A stretch of DNA of 64,000 bases from Hemiscyllium ocellatum. Its lineage: Eukaryota. Where the stretch lies: assembly GCF_020745735.1 (NCBI RefSeq), contig NC_083447.1, positions 21,594,755 to 21,658,754 of the forward strand. Reading direction: 5' to 3'. The notes beneath the pieces were generated by a model. That model was not told the origin of the DNA, did not search any database, and worked only from the letters and a program-made list of their open reading frames with translations. The position numbers and the translations under genes were made by a program. Shown in pieces: positions 11,965 to 24,820 of this stretch; position 1 is the first letter of the stretch, and each line of letters opens with the position of its first letter.

Positions 11965-14900
11965 TAGTTTCAGATTTTGTGAAGTTGATCCTGTATCCTG
12001 AAAAACTGCCAAATAAATTAATTTTTTGAATCAATCAAGGAACGGACTCCTCCGGATTGGCCAAGAACAAAAGAACATCATCAGCATATAGGGTGATCTT
12101 ATGCTCCCCCATTCCCACCCTTGGCGCCACTATTTCAGGATCCATCCTATAGTCTTGGCTAATGGCTGAATTGCTAAACTAAATAACAGCGATGAGAAAG
12201 GACACCCCTGTCAACTACCTCTTCCAATGCTACAGTTATTTGACTGTAAAACCCATACTTGATAAAACCCATCTGATCTTCTTTCATACTATAGGGCAAT
12301 ACTTTTTTCAACCTCAGGGCCAGCACCTTTGACAGAATTCTAAAGTCTACATTCAACAACGAAATTGGTCTGTATGAAGCACATTCTTTGGTGTCTTTCT
12401 CCTTCTTTAAAATGAGGGAGATTTTAGTCTCCCTCCAAGAGGGTGGAAGACAATCCTGTGTAAATACATCCCCAAAAGTGCCTTCACCAACACATTTATG
12501 AATTCCTTATTAAACTCACTCAGGAATCCATTGACATGTTTTATTACTTCCTATACCTCTGTTATGGTCATAGGCGCATTTAACAGGGAGACCTGCTCTG
12601 TGTTTATATTGGGGAGATCCAGGTTTCCAAAAATGACTGCATTCACATTGCACTGTGTTTACTGCCCTCTGACCAGTATAACTCTGGAAAGTATTCCCTA
12701 AATCTAACATTGATTTTCTTCAACCAACAGGTAGCTGTGCCAGCCTTCTCTCTAACAGACATAATGAATTGGGAAACATTTTTCTTTCTAACCAGATATG
12801 CAAGATTACTACCTAACCTATCTCCAAATTAAAACAATCGTTGTTTAGCAAAGGAGACCTATTCTTTTGCCACCTGTGTGTGTGCAATGAGTCGAGTGCA
12901 GCCCAGAGAGCCGTAATCCACTGCAGCTTGACCAATGAAGTCCTATTGTAATATGTTTCCTCAGCTACTTACAGCCGGGTCTCCAGCATCCATTACTACT
13001 CCTCTCTCTGCCTCCTTCTAGTCGTTGAATACAAAATGATCAGGCCTCACAAATATGCTTTAGTGGCCTCCCAACGTATTGTCGGATTACTGGCCATACC
13101 CGAATTGATATTCCAGAAGGCCCTGAACTCACTTGTAATGTACTCAAAAAATTTGCTATCCCTTGACAGGAATGGGCCCATGCACCAGTGCCGTGCATCC
13201 ATCCCACCACCCTTGATTTTCACATCTAAATACACTGACATACGGTCCGAGATAGTTATAACCCAAATTTTGCAAGCCAAGGTTCTGTCCAAACAAACTG
13301 ACAGCATAAGGAACATTTCAATTCGCGTGTGGCACTTGTGTGGATAGGAAAAAAAGTAAAATCTCTTCCATTAGGGTGCAGATGCCTCCACACATCCACT
13401 AATCCCAACACCTCACACAAGTTCACCAACTGTCTAGATTGCACAGGCATATCTGCCAGCTCCCTTGGCATCCTGTCTACCCCGCGATCCATTAGGCAGT
13501 TAAAATCCCTTCCTACGATTGTGCGGCATGCCCCAAGATTCACTAATGTAGCAACTGCATCAATTAGAAATTTAAGAGGGTGTGCAGAGGGACAATAAAC
13601 ATTCAGGATGCCATGCATTAGAGCTTAAGAATGATGAACCATCTACGTTTGTCTTTAATTAAACAGTTACCTGGAATGGGAGGTTCCTTCTTACCCGTAT
13701 AGCCACTTCTCCACTCTTGGAGCTAAAAGAGGACAACAATACCCTATTGTAGGTCCCCTGCTGAAGCTTCAGATGTTCCTTATCAGTTAAATGTGTCTCC
13801 TGCAGCAGGGCAATATCAACCCTTTCCTTCCTAAGGCTTGACAGTTCCTTTTTTTAATGGGGGAATTGCTCCCTTTCACATTCCAGGTTGCACCACCTGA
13901 ACAAATCACTAACCATGGTCATCCAGGGCAGCCCGTGGTTTCCCAAGAGAAGGAGGTTTATCTGAGGTGCTGCGAGTAAAAAAGACACTAGCTCTATAAA
14001 GTCTAAAAACTACTCCCATATAAAAAACAACTGCAACTAAAAAACTAACCATTACATTTAACTTAAACCAGCACTCAAATAAACTCCAACTCACTAGAGA
14101 TCTCCAACCTTGCCCTGAAGGGGCAATCCTCCTAATCCTTGCAACCATCCTGGCTCCTTCCAGCTGAGGCCATGCCGTAGCCCCAGGCAATGCACAGATA
14201 AAGAAAGTGTGTCATTTACATTCTGAGAGTTAACAATGGACGCCCAACCAACCCCCTCCACACCTCTTCTCCATACATCTTAACTACAGACATAGCAACC
14301 CCCAAACCAATAAAAAAGGACAACAGCAAAAAAAAACCCAGACAAAAAACAACTGAAATGGTAAATAAATCAGGTTTTACAGCAAGACAATACAAAAGCT
14401 ATCAAACGAATAAGCACAAATGAGGGAGAGAGGAGAAAAAGAGGAGCAGAAAAAGTAAAGAAAGACTGTACCATTATCTGTAATGGTGCCCCTTCCACTC
14501 CCCCCACCCCCACCAATCCCAACCCGAGTCCTTTATTTCAAAAAGTTTACAAAGTCCTTGGCCTTTTCTGCTGAATCAAAATTATGTACTGTCTCCCCAG
14601 TGAGCGAAACACAACATAGCCAGGTAGCTGATGGAATATTGAATGTTCAGATCCCTTAATTTTCTTTTAACTACTTCAAATGCCTTCCTCTTCTTAACTA
14701 TGGCTCCTGAGAAGACTTGAGAAAATATTATTCTTGAGCCTTTGTGCCTTAAAGCCTGTGGATCTTTTCCCGTCTTCTTGCTGTTTCAACCACTAACTGG
14801 TTTTCTTTATAATGCTGGAGCTGCATTAGCATTGTGATCCAGTGGGCCTGCTCCACACTCACCAGGCCCAACTCCAAATCCAGGCCAAGAACTTTGTTAA

Positions 14901-15440
14901 CCATTTCTCTAGGAATCCAATGAGGTCCCTGCCTTCCTTGTGCTCCAGGAGACCCACGAGTCATAAGATTTTTTTCTTATACTTTTGATTTCCGGGTCAT
15001 TCACTTGTTCCTGAAGGACCCAAACCTGGTCTCCCAGTGTTCAGATCCTTACTCCCAAGACCTCCGCCACAGTCTCTAAGGTTGTTGTCCTCTGCTCCAC
15101 TGCTACTACTCTTCGGTCCAGGGTTTGAATCTCTTGCTCCTTTTTCAGCATAGCAGGTATTGGCTCCATTGTTGCTTCAATCTTTTCTTAGAGCTTGGCA
15201 AATGCTGTACTTGTTTCACCACTGTTTCTTTATTTGCCTTCATTCTGATCATAGAGCTGTCAAACCACAATTTTAGCAGCTATGGGTGTTCAGTAACTTT
15301 ATATTATCAATTTTTCTCCGTGGGATAGTTAACGGGGGGTGGGGTGGGGGGCGGGGTGCATGGGCAAAGGTCCGCCTTATCAGGGATATGGCACAGAGCC
15401 CAGCACAGCAGACCACTCAGACTGCTGCCATCTTGTATCT
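11965..15440 (-). mobile_element. Degraded L1-clade LINE, 5' portion (5' UTR, ORF1 relic, endonuclease, RT start)
   Basis: Minus ORFs 13256..13618 (LNVYCP...IVGRDFN), 13047..13316 (WEATKAYL), 12174..12359 (LNVDFRILSKVLALRL...DQMGFI); CAAGATGGCAGC near 15430 resembles an L1 5' end. Confidence 0.75.
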
Positions 15441-15467
15441 TGGGGGTCAACAGGTTAAAACTCAAAT

Positions 15468-15617
15468 AGGAGAAAGTGAGGACTGCAGATGCTGAAGATC
15501 AGAGCTGAAAATGTGTTACTGGAAATTCCTGAAGAAGGGCTCATGCCCGAAACGTCGATTCTCCTGCTCTTTGGATGCTGCCTAACCTGCTGCGCGTTTC
15601 CAGCAACACATTTTCAG
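15468..15617 (+). mobile_element. Penelope-terminus-like short repeat containing a minimal hammerhead core (15529-15556)
   Basis: GAAAGTGAGGACTGCAGATGCTG head; CTGAAGA-A-GGGC-TCAT-GCCC-GAAAC-GTC. Confidence 0.7.
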
Positions 15618-15619
15618 GT

Positions 15620-17052
15620 CAACAGGTTAAGGCCTCCCTGTACATGGATGACATCACTGCTTTCTGCTTAGATCCACTGTCAGTGTGCAGATTCATGTGC
15701 ATCTGTTACCAGTTTCAACGGGTCTCAGGGGCTAAGATAAATTGAGGCAAGAGCAAAGCCATGCTCTTCAGAAACTGGGCCAACCAATCCTCTATTCCGT
15801 TTCACCGTCAGGACAGATCACCTGAAGGTGCTGGGTATTTGGCTTGGTGGTACTGGGGCTTGCACCAAGACTTGGAAGGAGCATGTCACCAAAGCGAGGC
15901 AGAAACTGGGCAGATGGGAGCTCTCCTTTATGGGTAAAAATCTGGTCGTCCTGTGTGAGGTAGTCTCAATTTTGTTATACATGGCGCAGGTCTAGCCTAT
16001 TCACCGAACCTGCACTGCCAGTCAGCCAGGCCATCTTCCACTTCATATGGACATCAAAGATGGATAGTGTCAGAAGAGACATCATGTATAAAGTTCTGGA
16101 GAAAGGTGGGGAAAACACATCCAATGCTACCCTTACCCAGATGGCCACCTTCGTGTGTGGTTGCATTAAGTGAATATATCCCTGGAACACAATCACCAAG
16201 TGTCACTATATACTGAGGTTCTACCTATCTTCGGTGTTGCAAAGGATGGGCTTGGCGTCGCTACTGTGGAACACTCCATATCACCTGTCCTTCATGGAGA
16301 AATTTGTGAAGAAAAACGCCTTTGACCAAAAGTCCGTCAGGAGGTGGTTGGCACATAGTGTCCTTGAGATCATTTGGAAAGAAGAGAAGGCGGATCCTGT
16401 CGATCCCTGAGAAGGCCATCAAAGTCATTTGGCAGAATGCCTCATCGCCAGAACTTTCAAACAAGCACCAAGACATTGCTTGGCTGATGTGAGATCCTTT
16501 ATGCATGCCTGTCTCTCTGCGTCACTGCACACTGCCTTTGTCGAGGTTCGTCGTGAGCAACTCCATGACGTGGGATGCCATGCTCTATGGTCAGTTCCTC
16601 AGGACATAAACCGAGATGAACATCAGCTGTGTCTGGAGGATCATCAACACAATAAAAGATGCTTTTTGGTCTGCCCGAAACTTGCTGGTCTTTCAGTTGA
16701 AGGAGTTGACCTTGATTGAGTGTTGCAGATTGTCACATTCCAAGGTCCAAACTAAGTGCTGAGGGACGTGCTGAAGCTTGGGACAGCTGCCACCAAGGTG
16801 CAGTGGGGAAAGACCACCATGCAAGGTCCCTTTGCTGAAGAATAAGAGGGGGAAGCCCATTTAGTAATTGGGCTCTGCTGTCACCTCTGCTGTGGGCCAA
16901 GAGGTTGACTGTAAATGTAGAGTATGGTGGACATCAAAAACATTTTATGTCGTCCATATGTAAGAAAAGTATAGATTTGAATCAGTTCATTAAATGTCCA
17001 TGTACAAAAGATTTATTTTCAATGAATAAAGTATATTTTTGAAATCAAAAAA
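15620..17052 (+). mobile_element. Degraded Tx1-like (L1 clade) LINE, 3' fragment
   Basis: TCCCTGTACATGGATGACATC (LYMDDI) RT motif, typical downstream ORF2 relic, AATAAA and A-rich end near 17025-17052. Confidence 0.7.
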
Positions 17053-17059
17053 TAGGGGA

Positions 17060-19830
17060 TTTATTATTGATAAAGGAAACCATCACCACTTTAATAAGGG
17101 AGGATACCTTAGAAGGCTGTTCAAATGAGGTCATCTGAGTAGAGCTTGGAAATAAAAAAAGGAGGTGATTGGTAATTGACATTTTACTACTTGCTTCTCA
17201 ACAGTCAGAATGATATAAAGGAGCAGATACACAGGCAAATCAGGATTTGAGAGGAATAGGATTTTAATTACAGCTTCGCTAACATTAACTGGGAATGGCT
17301 TATCATGAAAGGAGTAGACAGGCTAAACATTTTAAGCATATCTAGCAGAGCTTTTTTGTGCTGGTATGGAGATAGTTTTATGAGAAATGGTGCAGTGCTA
17401 GACCAAATCTGTGGGAATGAAGCCAATCAAGTGATAGAGATTTCAGTGGTCAAGCATTTTGGGGAGAGTGACCATCACCGTGTAAGCTCCAAAATTATCA
17501 TGAAAAGGAATGAAGATAGTGAACAAGTTAAGTTTCTAAATTGAGGAAGGCAAATTTCAATCTTGGACAGGATCTGGCAAACATTGACTGGGAGCAACTA
17601 CTTTTAGGTAAGTCTAAATTTGCACATTGGGTGTTTTTAAAAAGTATTATAGCGATAATTCATGGGTAGTGTGTTCCCCTAACAGTGAAGGGTAAGGGCA
17701 GCAAGGACAGCAAACCCTGAATGTCAAGGGATAGTGGAAGTTTGATAAAGAAAGAAAGGAAACATATAAAAGCTGAAAGAACTTTGGGCGCTGGAAGTCA
17801 AAAACAAAACCAGAAATTGATGAAAATGCTCAGCAGGTCTGGCAGCATCTGTGGAGACAAATCATAGTTAATATTCCATGTCAAATAACCCTTCTTCAGA
17901 ACTTTTTGAGAAAGAAACATTCATTAAGTAGAGAGCATTGAAGATGGAGGAGGCCCTTCAAAATTACAGTGAGTGCAAAACGCGCTTAAAAGGAAATCAG
18001 GAGGGCAAAGAAGGGTCATGTAATTACAGACTTGTTAGTCTGATGACAGTGATCAAAAAATTGTTGGAACAAATTCTGAAGCACAGGATTATTCAGCATT
18101 TGGAAAAGTGATTGATCAGGGATTTGTCAATACGAATCTGTTATAGCAAGATCCTGTCTGATTAGGTTTATTGAGCTTTTTGAAAAGACAATTAAATGTA
18201 TTGATGAGGGTAATGCGGTTGATATGATTTACGTGGACTTCACCAAGTCCTTTGACAAGGTCCCACATGGAAGGCTGGTCCAAAACATCAGAGTCTAGGA
18301 GATCAAACCCAAGTTGATAAACTAGATTTGAGGTTAGTTTTGTAATTGAAAGCATATTATCAGTCATGGATCTCATGGATCAGTGTTGGGACCTCACTGT
18401 TTGTTATGTGCATTACAACTTGAATATGAATTAGAAGGTATAATTATTAGGTTGACAGATTTCACAAAAATTAGTGGTTTTGTTGATAGTGAGGAGGATG
18501 GTCTCAAGCTACCATCTCATATTGTTGTCAGATGGAATTTGAGTTATGTGGAGAGGTTGAATCAGCTAGGGCTTTTTTCCTCATAGTTTTGGAGGCTGAC
18601 CTTGCAGAGCTTTATAACATTATGAGGGGCATGGATAGGCTGAATAGCCAAACTCATTTTCCAAGGGTTAGGTTTCCAAAACTAGAGGGCATAGGTTTAA
18701 GGTGTGTGGCATGGTGGTACAGTGGTTAGCACTGTTGCCTCACAGTGCCAGAGACCTGGGCTGAATTCCTGCCTTGGGTAATTGTCTGTGTGGTGTTTGC
18801 ACATTCTCCCTGCGTCTGCGTGGGTTTCCTCCCACAGTCCAAAGATGTACAGGTCAGGTGAATTGACCATGCTAAATTGCCTGTTAGGTGTAGGGGAATG
18901 GGTTTGGGTGGGTTGCGCTTTGGAAGGTTGGTGTGGTCTTGTTGGGCTGAAGGGCCTTTTCCACACTGTAAGGAATCTAATCGTTTTAAAAGGACATAAA
19001 GGATGACATTTTCAAGCAGAGGGTGGTGCATGAATGGAATGAGTTGCCAGAAGAAGTGGTAGGGATGGGAACAATTACAACATTCAAAAGGCATCTGATG
19101 GGTACATGGATAAGAAGGGTTTAGAGATCAGATTGGGATGTCTGGTTGGTGCGGACAGAGTTGGACTGAAGAGTCTATTTCCCTGCTGTGTGACTCTATA
19201 ACTCTATAAATGTGAGGCAATGCATGTCGGAACATTTAATAAGGGAAGGATCTACACAATAATTCCTAGGGAATTCTGAAGAGCAAAGCAACCTTGGTAT
19301 ATAAAATCCCTAGATCCCTGAAAGTTTCAGTGCAGATAGGGTAGTAAAGAGGACACAGGGGGTGCTTACTTTCATTACCCAGTGTAGAACATAGGAGCAA
19401 AGAAGTTTTCTTGCGACTTTATTAGCATTGGTAAGGCCACAGATAGAATACTGTGAGCAGTTGTGGTCACCACATGATTCCACAAGTGTGCAGAGCAGAT
19501 TCACCATTGTGTTGCCTAGGTTGGAGAGTCTAGTTATGAGGATAGACTGGCTGTGCATAGTCTGTTTTTCTTGGAGCAGAGGAACCAGAGAGCAAACTCT
19601 GATTAAGGTATACAAATTATGAAAAGTATAGACAAAGTAGATTGTGAGAATATTCTCCTGTAGCATATGCATCTCAGACATGCATTTAGCATTGGTTTTG
19701 AGGCATTCTGAGGAAGCGTTTTTATCATTCAAAGGATGGTAGAAACATGGAATGCAATGCCTAAGAAAGTAATACAGGCAATATTTGCAGCATTTAAGGA
19801 CCATCTAGATTACACTTAAAATGCTGGGGG
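17060..19830 (+). mobile_element. Old CR1 LINE relics
   Basis: Broken endonuclease and RT motifs (GGESDH-like, VDFTKSFDKVPH, QIEYCEQLWSP) with many stops and frameshifts. Confidence 0.7.
18705..18982 (+). mobile_element. HE1-type SINE nested in CR1 3' end
   Basis: SINE head GTGGTACAGTGGTTAGCACTG and tail CCACACTGTAAGGAATCTAATC splitting the CR1 RFKVRG region. Confidence 0.85.
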
Positions 19831-19833
19831 ATG

Positions 19834-20145
19834 ATTAGATTAGATTACTTACAGTGTGGAAACAGGCCCTTCGACCCAACAAGTCCACACCGACCCGCCG
19901 AAGCGCAACCTGCCCATACCCCTACATTTATCCCTTACCTAACACTACGGGCAATTTAGCATGGCCAATTCACCTGACCCACACACCTTTGGACTGTGGG
20001 AGGAAGCCGGAGCACCCGGAGGAAACCCACGCAGACACGGGGAGAATGTGCAAACTCCACACAGTCAGTCGCCTGAGTCAGGAATTGAACCAGGTCTCAG
20101 GCGCTGTGAGGCAGCAATGCTAACCACTGTGCCACCGTGCTGCCC
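19834..20145 (-). mobile_element. HE1-type SINE, full length
   Basis: (ATTAG)n tail then reverse complement of the whole SINE, similar to the 3688 copy. Confidence 0.9.
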
Positions 20146-20149
20146 ATAG

Positions 20150-22135
20150 GTAGGCTATTTCCCAAGGGCAGGTAAGAGGGGTTAGTGTTGCTTGGTGCTT
20201 GTTGGTAAGCACAGACATGGTAATTCAAAAAGACTGTTTCTATGTCACATGACTCTATGAGGGTACAGACAGATGACCAGATTGGCAGATCAGTGGCAAA
20301 TGGAATTTTACCCTGATATGTGTGGGGTGATGTACTTTGGAAGAAGGAACAATACAATGGAATATACAATGAATGGCAAGACACTGGGAAGCTCAGAGGA
20401 ACTGAGTGCTCTTTGGGTACTTGTCCTCAGATCCCTGAAGTTAATAGGGCAGACTAAAAGGGTAATTTAGAAAACATAGGCATAGAGAAGGAATTTATGT
20501 TGGAGCTGTACAGAACTTTGGTTCGGCCACAGCTGGATTGTTGTATTCAGTCTTGGTTATCACATATTAGGATGAATGTGATTCCACTGGAAATGATGTG
20601 CAGAGGAAATTCTCCAGGATGCTGTTTGGGATAGAACATTTCAGCTGTGAAAAGAGTTGAATAAGCTTGGCTTATTTTCCTTGAGCTGAAAATGTGTTGC
20701 TGGAAAAGCACAGCAGGTCAGGCAGCATCCAAGGAACAGGAAATTTGACATTTCGGGCATAAGCCCTTCATCAGGAATCCTTGAGGGGGAAGAGTATGTG
20801 ATCTTGTGGGGCATGGATAGGATGGATAGAAAGCAGCTATTTTCCTTAGTTGGTGGGTCAGTGACAAAGGTGCTTTGTTTTAAGGGGATGGGCAGGAGGG
20901 TTTGAGAGGATTTGAGGAAGAAATTTTGCTTTTAACTTAGAGGGTGTATGGGTCTTAAATGCAGTGTCTGCGAGAGTAGTTAAATCAGGTAAACTCACAA
21001 TCGTAAAAAGTATTTCAAAAACCACTTGAAGTGTCATCACATTCAAAACTATGTCCCTAGTGCTGGAAAATAGGATGACAGTAGATTTAGTGTATTTTTA
21101 GCATTACTGCCTGAATGGGCCAAAGGACCTTTCTGTATTGTATGATTCTCTGATTAGCTGGGGTTGAGGATTCGTTAACCAACAGAATTCATAGGGTTGG
21201 GATAAAGGAATATTTTCAGAATGGCAACCTGTAACTAGTGGAGCGACACAAGGGGTCAGTGTTGGTGCCACAACTATTTACAATACAGGTATATAATAAT
21301 TACTTTGATCACAGAAGTGAATATAAGTTGCAGATGGCACAAACAGGGAGTTTACAAAGGGATATAGACAGATTAAATGAATGGGAAAAAATGTGGATGA
21401 TGGAATATAATGTGGATAAATGTGCAGTTAAGCACTTTCACAGAAAGAATAAGAGGGCATTTTTTAAACAAGAAACATGTTGAGAGATCTACATCAAAGA
21501 GGAATTTTGCAGTCTATGATCAAAATAAAAGCTAGCCTCCAAGTTCATTGGATAATTAGGAAGTGAAATGGATGTTGACTGTTAACTTCAAAGTGTACAG
21601 AGTAGAAACATAGGGATTCCTTGCTAAAAAAAAATACATACAAGGCACTAATCAGGCCATAGCTGGAATACTGTGAAAAATTTCTCATCTTGTTATGAAG
21701 GTAAATATGTGCTGGTTTTGAAGACAGTTCAGAGAAGGTTCACTGGATTTCAGAAGAGTATAAACAAAGAATATATAAGAGACCTAACTGAAACATATAA
21801 GATGCTTAGAGAGCTGGACAGGATAGATGCACTAAGGTTGATTCTCTTTTTGTGAGTATCTAGGACCAGATGGCATAATCTCAGTACAAGGACTCACCCA
21901 TTTAAGATGAAAATTTGGAGTTTTCTTCCTAAGACGATGATGAAACTGTACTTTTCCTACTGGAAAGGGGTGTCAAAGCTGTTTTCTTCAAGTATATTTA
22001 AAGCTAAGATAGATTTTTAAGCAGTAAAGGAGCCAGGGTTTTGGGGACAGGCAGGAGAGTGAAGTTGATAATTATCAGGTCAGCCATGATCTCATTGCGG
22101 AGCGGAATGGATTCGATGGGTCAAAACGTGTATAT
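20150..22135 (+). mobile_element. Old CR1 LINE relics, with a Penelope-terminus fragment at about 20685-20780
   Basis: LADQWQMEFYPDMCGVMYFG, LQRDIDRLNEWEKMWMMEYNVDKC, VQRRFT relic motifs. Confidence 0.7.
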
Positions 22136-23127
22136 CTATGCCTTCTGTTCTATAATTCTGGTCGTAGGGGCAGATCTGCCCAGTTGTACAGCCGAATGTG
22201 AATTCAGAGAAAGGGAGCGATCGGGTCATAAATGGATTCGAAGGTGATAATAATAAACTTGAAATTGAGTCATGTCCACGCGGAGGAAACTCAGGTCAAC
22301 AAATGAGCTAGATGATGGTTTTGCGCGAGATAAGATAGAGGCAGAGACAAATAGAAGCCACCTATTATCATTAAATAAACCCCACCCCTACCACACACGT
22401 GGCAAAATTGAAACCGGTTTTCCACAACCTTGATCTTAACAGAAATCGTTTGCCTACATCTAAAACAAAGTGTCATTCATTAAGCAGTTAGACTTCGTCG
22501 ATATCGTTGTCGAGAGTTGGTGCTGGAAAAGCACAGCCAGTCAGGCAGAAGGACAGTCGACGTATTGGGCATACGCCCTTTTCCAGCATCAGACTCTCGA
22601 CTCTGATCTGCAGTCCTCATGTTTCTCTCCGTCAATTTCGTTATTTATTAAGATCTCCCTGAATCTTTCTCGGCAGTTTTTTTGTGGTAATGATATCTAT
22701 ACAAGTTAAAATTATCGTCGGCAAAACTTCTTATGAGGTTGAAAGAGAAATAGTAAATATAGAGATAGAATTCGCCGCGTTGCAAGATCCTATGGAATGG
22801 GAGTACCTCAATTTAAGAGTTAGCTCATTCCCCTACTTCTCCCCAATCGCGTTTTTTCGCCTTCTGTAAATCCCTCTCACTCCAACTTCCATAAGTTTAG
22901 GCCCTTATGTCTGTCTCGAACTTTCTTCTTTGAGTCCCTCATTCTTGCTCTTTTTTGCATTGCTTTTGCCGATTTCTCCTATGCTCCGCCTCAGTTATCC
23001 AATATAATTCGACATTAAATCTCAATAATTGCTTCACACATGTGCAAATAAGAAATCACAAAATGAATGATCTCAATAATCTTTTGTTAAAATGTGTCGT
23101 GGATAATTTGTATTTCTTAGTCAACAT

Positions 23128-23140
23128 CTCCCTCTGGTGG
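23128..23140 (-). promoter_or_regulatory. CTCF-like motif (CCACCAGAGGGAG)
   Basis: Close match to the CTCF core consensus by eye; short, so it could be a chance match. Confidence 0.35.
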
Positions 23141-24199
23141 TGTAATGAAAGAATGGTGAAGACAACAAAAATAACTTGCATTTAATGGCACATTTATCAT
23201 AACTAGCAAATCCAAAGGCTTCTCAGAATATCTGGACAATTCAGAAGCTTTGGACTGGGTTATTTGAGAACATTTAAGGAAATGTTACAAAGGACGTAGT
23301 GAGTATACCGAAAATATTTAATTAACACTTTACATTCTTGAAGATGATGGTGTCTCTTTAGCATTTAAGTTATAGTTCGTATAATATTGAAATACATGCA
23401 AATGTTGTTGAAGCTTGAGCTTAATAATTTGAAAGCAGATGAAGCAGTCCGGATAGGTGGTCTTGAGACAAATGAATTATCTTTTTGGGATCCACTTCAC
23501 TGAATTTGTAGCAGCTTAATATAAAGTGAAATTGATTGTCACCCTTTTAAAATAAATCGATGAAAAAGCGGAAGTATGTATCCATTGATACCAGTAATTG
23601 AAAAAATATATACAGATAGAGAGTTATTGTTATATAATAAACGCAGAAATTGCTGGAGAAACTCATCCGGTCTGGAAACATCTGTGGAGAGAAAGCAGTG
23701 ATGGTCCTTCAGACGGTTCTGTTTTTGTTTTATGTACCTTATAGAATAGAGATGGCTGTTTCATCGCCTTCCAACATTGATTCATAAGGAGGCTTCATGT
23801 CTCATAAACTTTAGATGTCTTATTTATTTTGAAAAAGGAATCGACATTAGCTTAACAGCATCGTTTGAATATGAGACTCGGGAACAGGTTTAGTGCTGCC
23901 CCTATCAATAAGATCATGTGCTCTCAATTCCAGCTTCCTGCCCGGCGAGGGTATTCTGCCTTGTCCTTTCCGAAAGTCCTTCGTGCTTCATGCTCAGGGT
24001 TAGAAACTGTGGCAAAATGTCGAAATAACTAATATTCCTTAATAACAGTAAAGGATTTTGAAACTACAAGGTCTACAGTTGAAACAGGTAATGGACTCAT
24101 TGGGGAAGGAATACGCTTTCTATTTATTTAAGTGCATGTCAAGAGAACGATGATTAAACTTTCTTTATTTTTTCCGATCACTTTGTGCAGTATAGTTGA

Positions 24200-24820
24200 A
24201 ACTGGTGGCCCTTGCCAAGAGCTGAACAGCATATGTAGGATTTCGAGGTATGCCTTAGTAAGACTGTCACTGTAAGACCAAGACTGTGGCTGAGGAAAAG
24301 CAAACAATTAGTGCTTACACAAAGTTAAAAATCACACAACACCAGGTTATAGTCCAACAGGTTTAATTGGAAGCACACTAGCTTTCGGAGCGCCGCTCCT
24401 GACAACCGGGTTATGAAGGAGCGGGGCTCCGAAAGCTAGTGTGCTTCCAATGAAACCTGTTGGACTATAAACTGGTGTTATGTGATTTTTAACTTTGTAC
24501 ACTCCAGTCCAACACCGGCATCTCTAAATATTGTCCATACAAACTTTAAAAATCTTTTACCGAGGTTTCACTCAGGATTCCTGCTGCAAGGTCGAAACCA
24601 AAAATATTAGGGGTGATTTAGTAAGCTACACTGAATACCGATTGGAAGAAAATGGCAGGATACATGCGGATCTACGCAAGTTCCAGGATCATACATCAAG
24701 TTCTACGACATTCTAGATGTGCTGAGAGAATGGGATCCCATTCGGTTTTGATGTTTAATTTGGAAAGACGTAGTAGTATGTATGTGGGATAAACCAGAGC
24801 CGACAGACACACACAACCAT
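24200..24820 (-). pseudogene. Possible highly degenerate TCR V relic interrupted by the hairpin repeat
   Basis: Minus-strand pyrimidine tract + CCCAG acceptor near 24822, then fragments SAHLEC, RY..*LTKSPLIFLVS and LTVT-x9-YIC in V-like order; no recognisable RSS. Confidence 0.25.
24319..24498. repeat. 82-bp-arm inverted repeat (hairpin) derived from a Penelope-terminus-like repeat
   Basis: Arms 24319-24400 and 24417-24498 are reverse complements with about 4 mismatches and a 16-nt spacer; a single-arm copy lies near 50270-50347. Confidence 0.85.
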
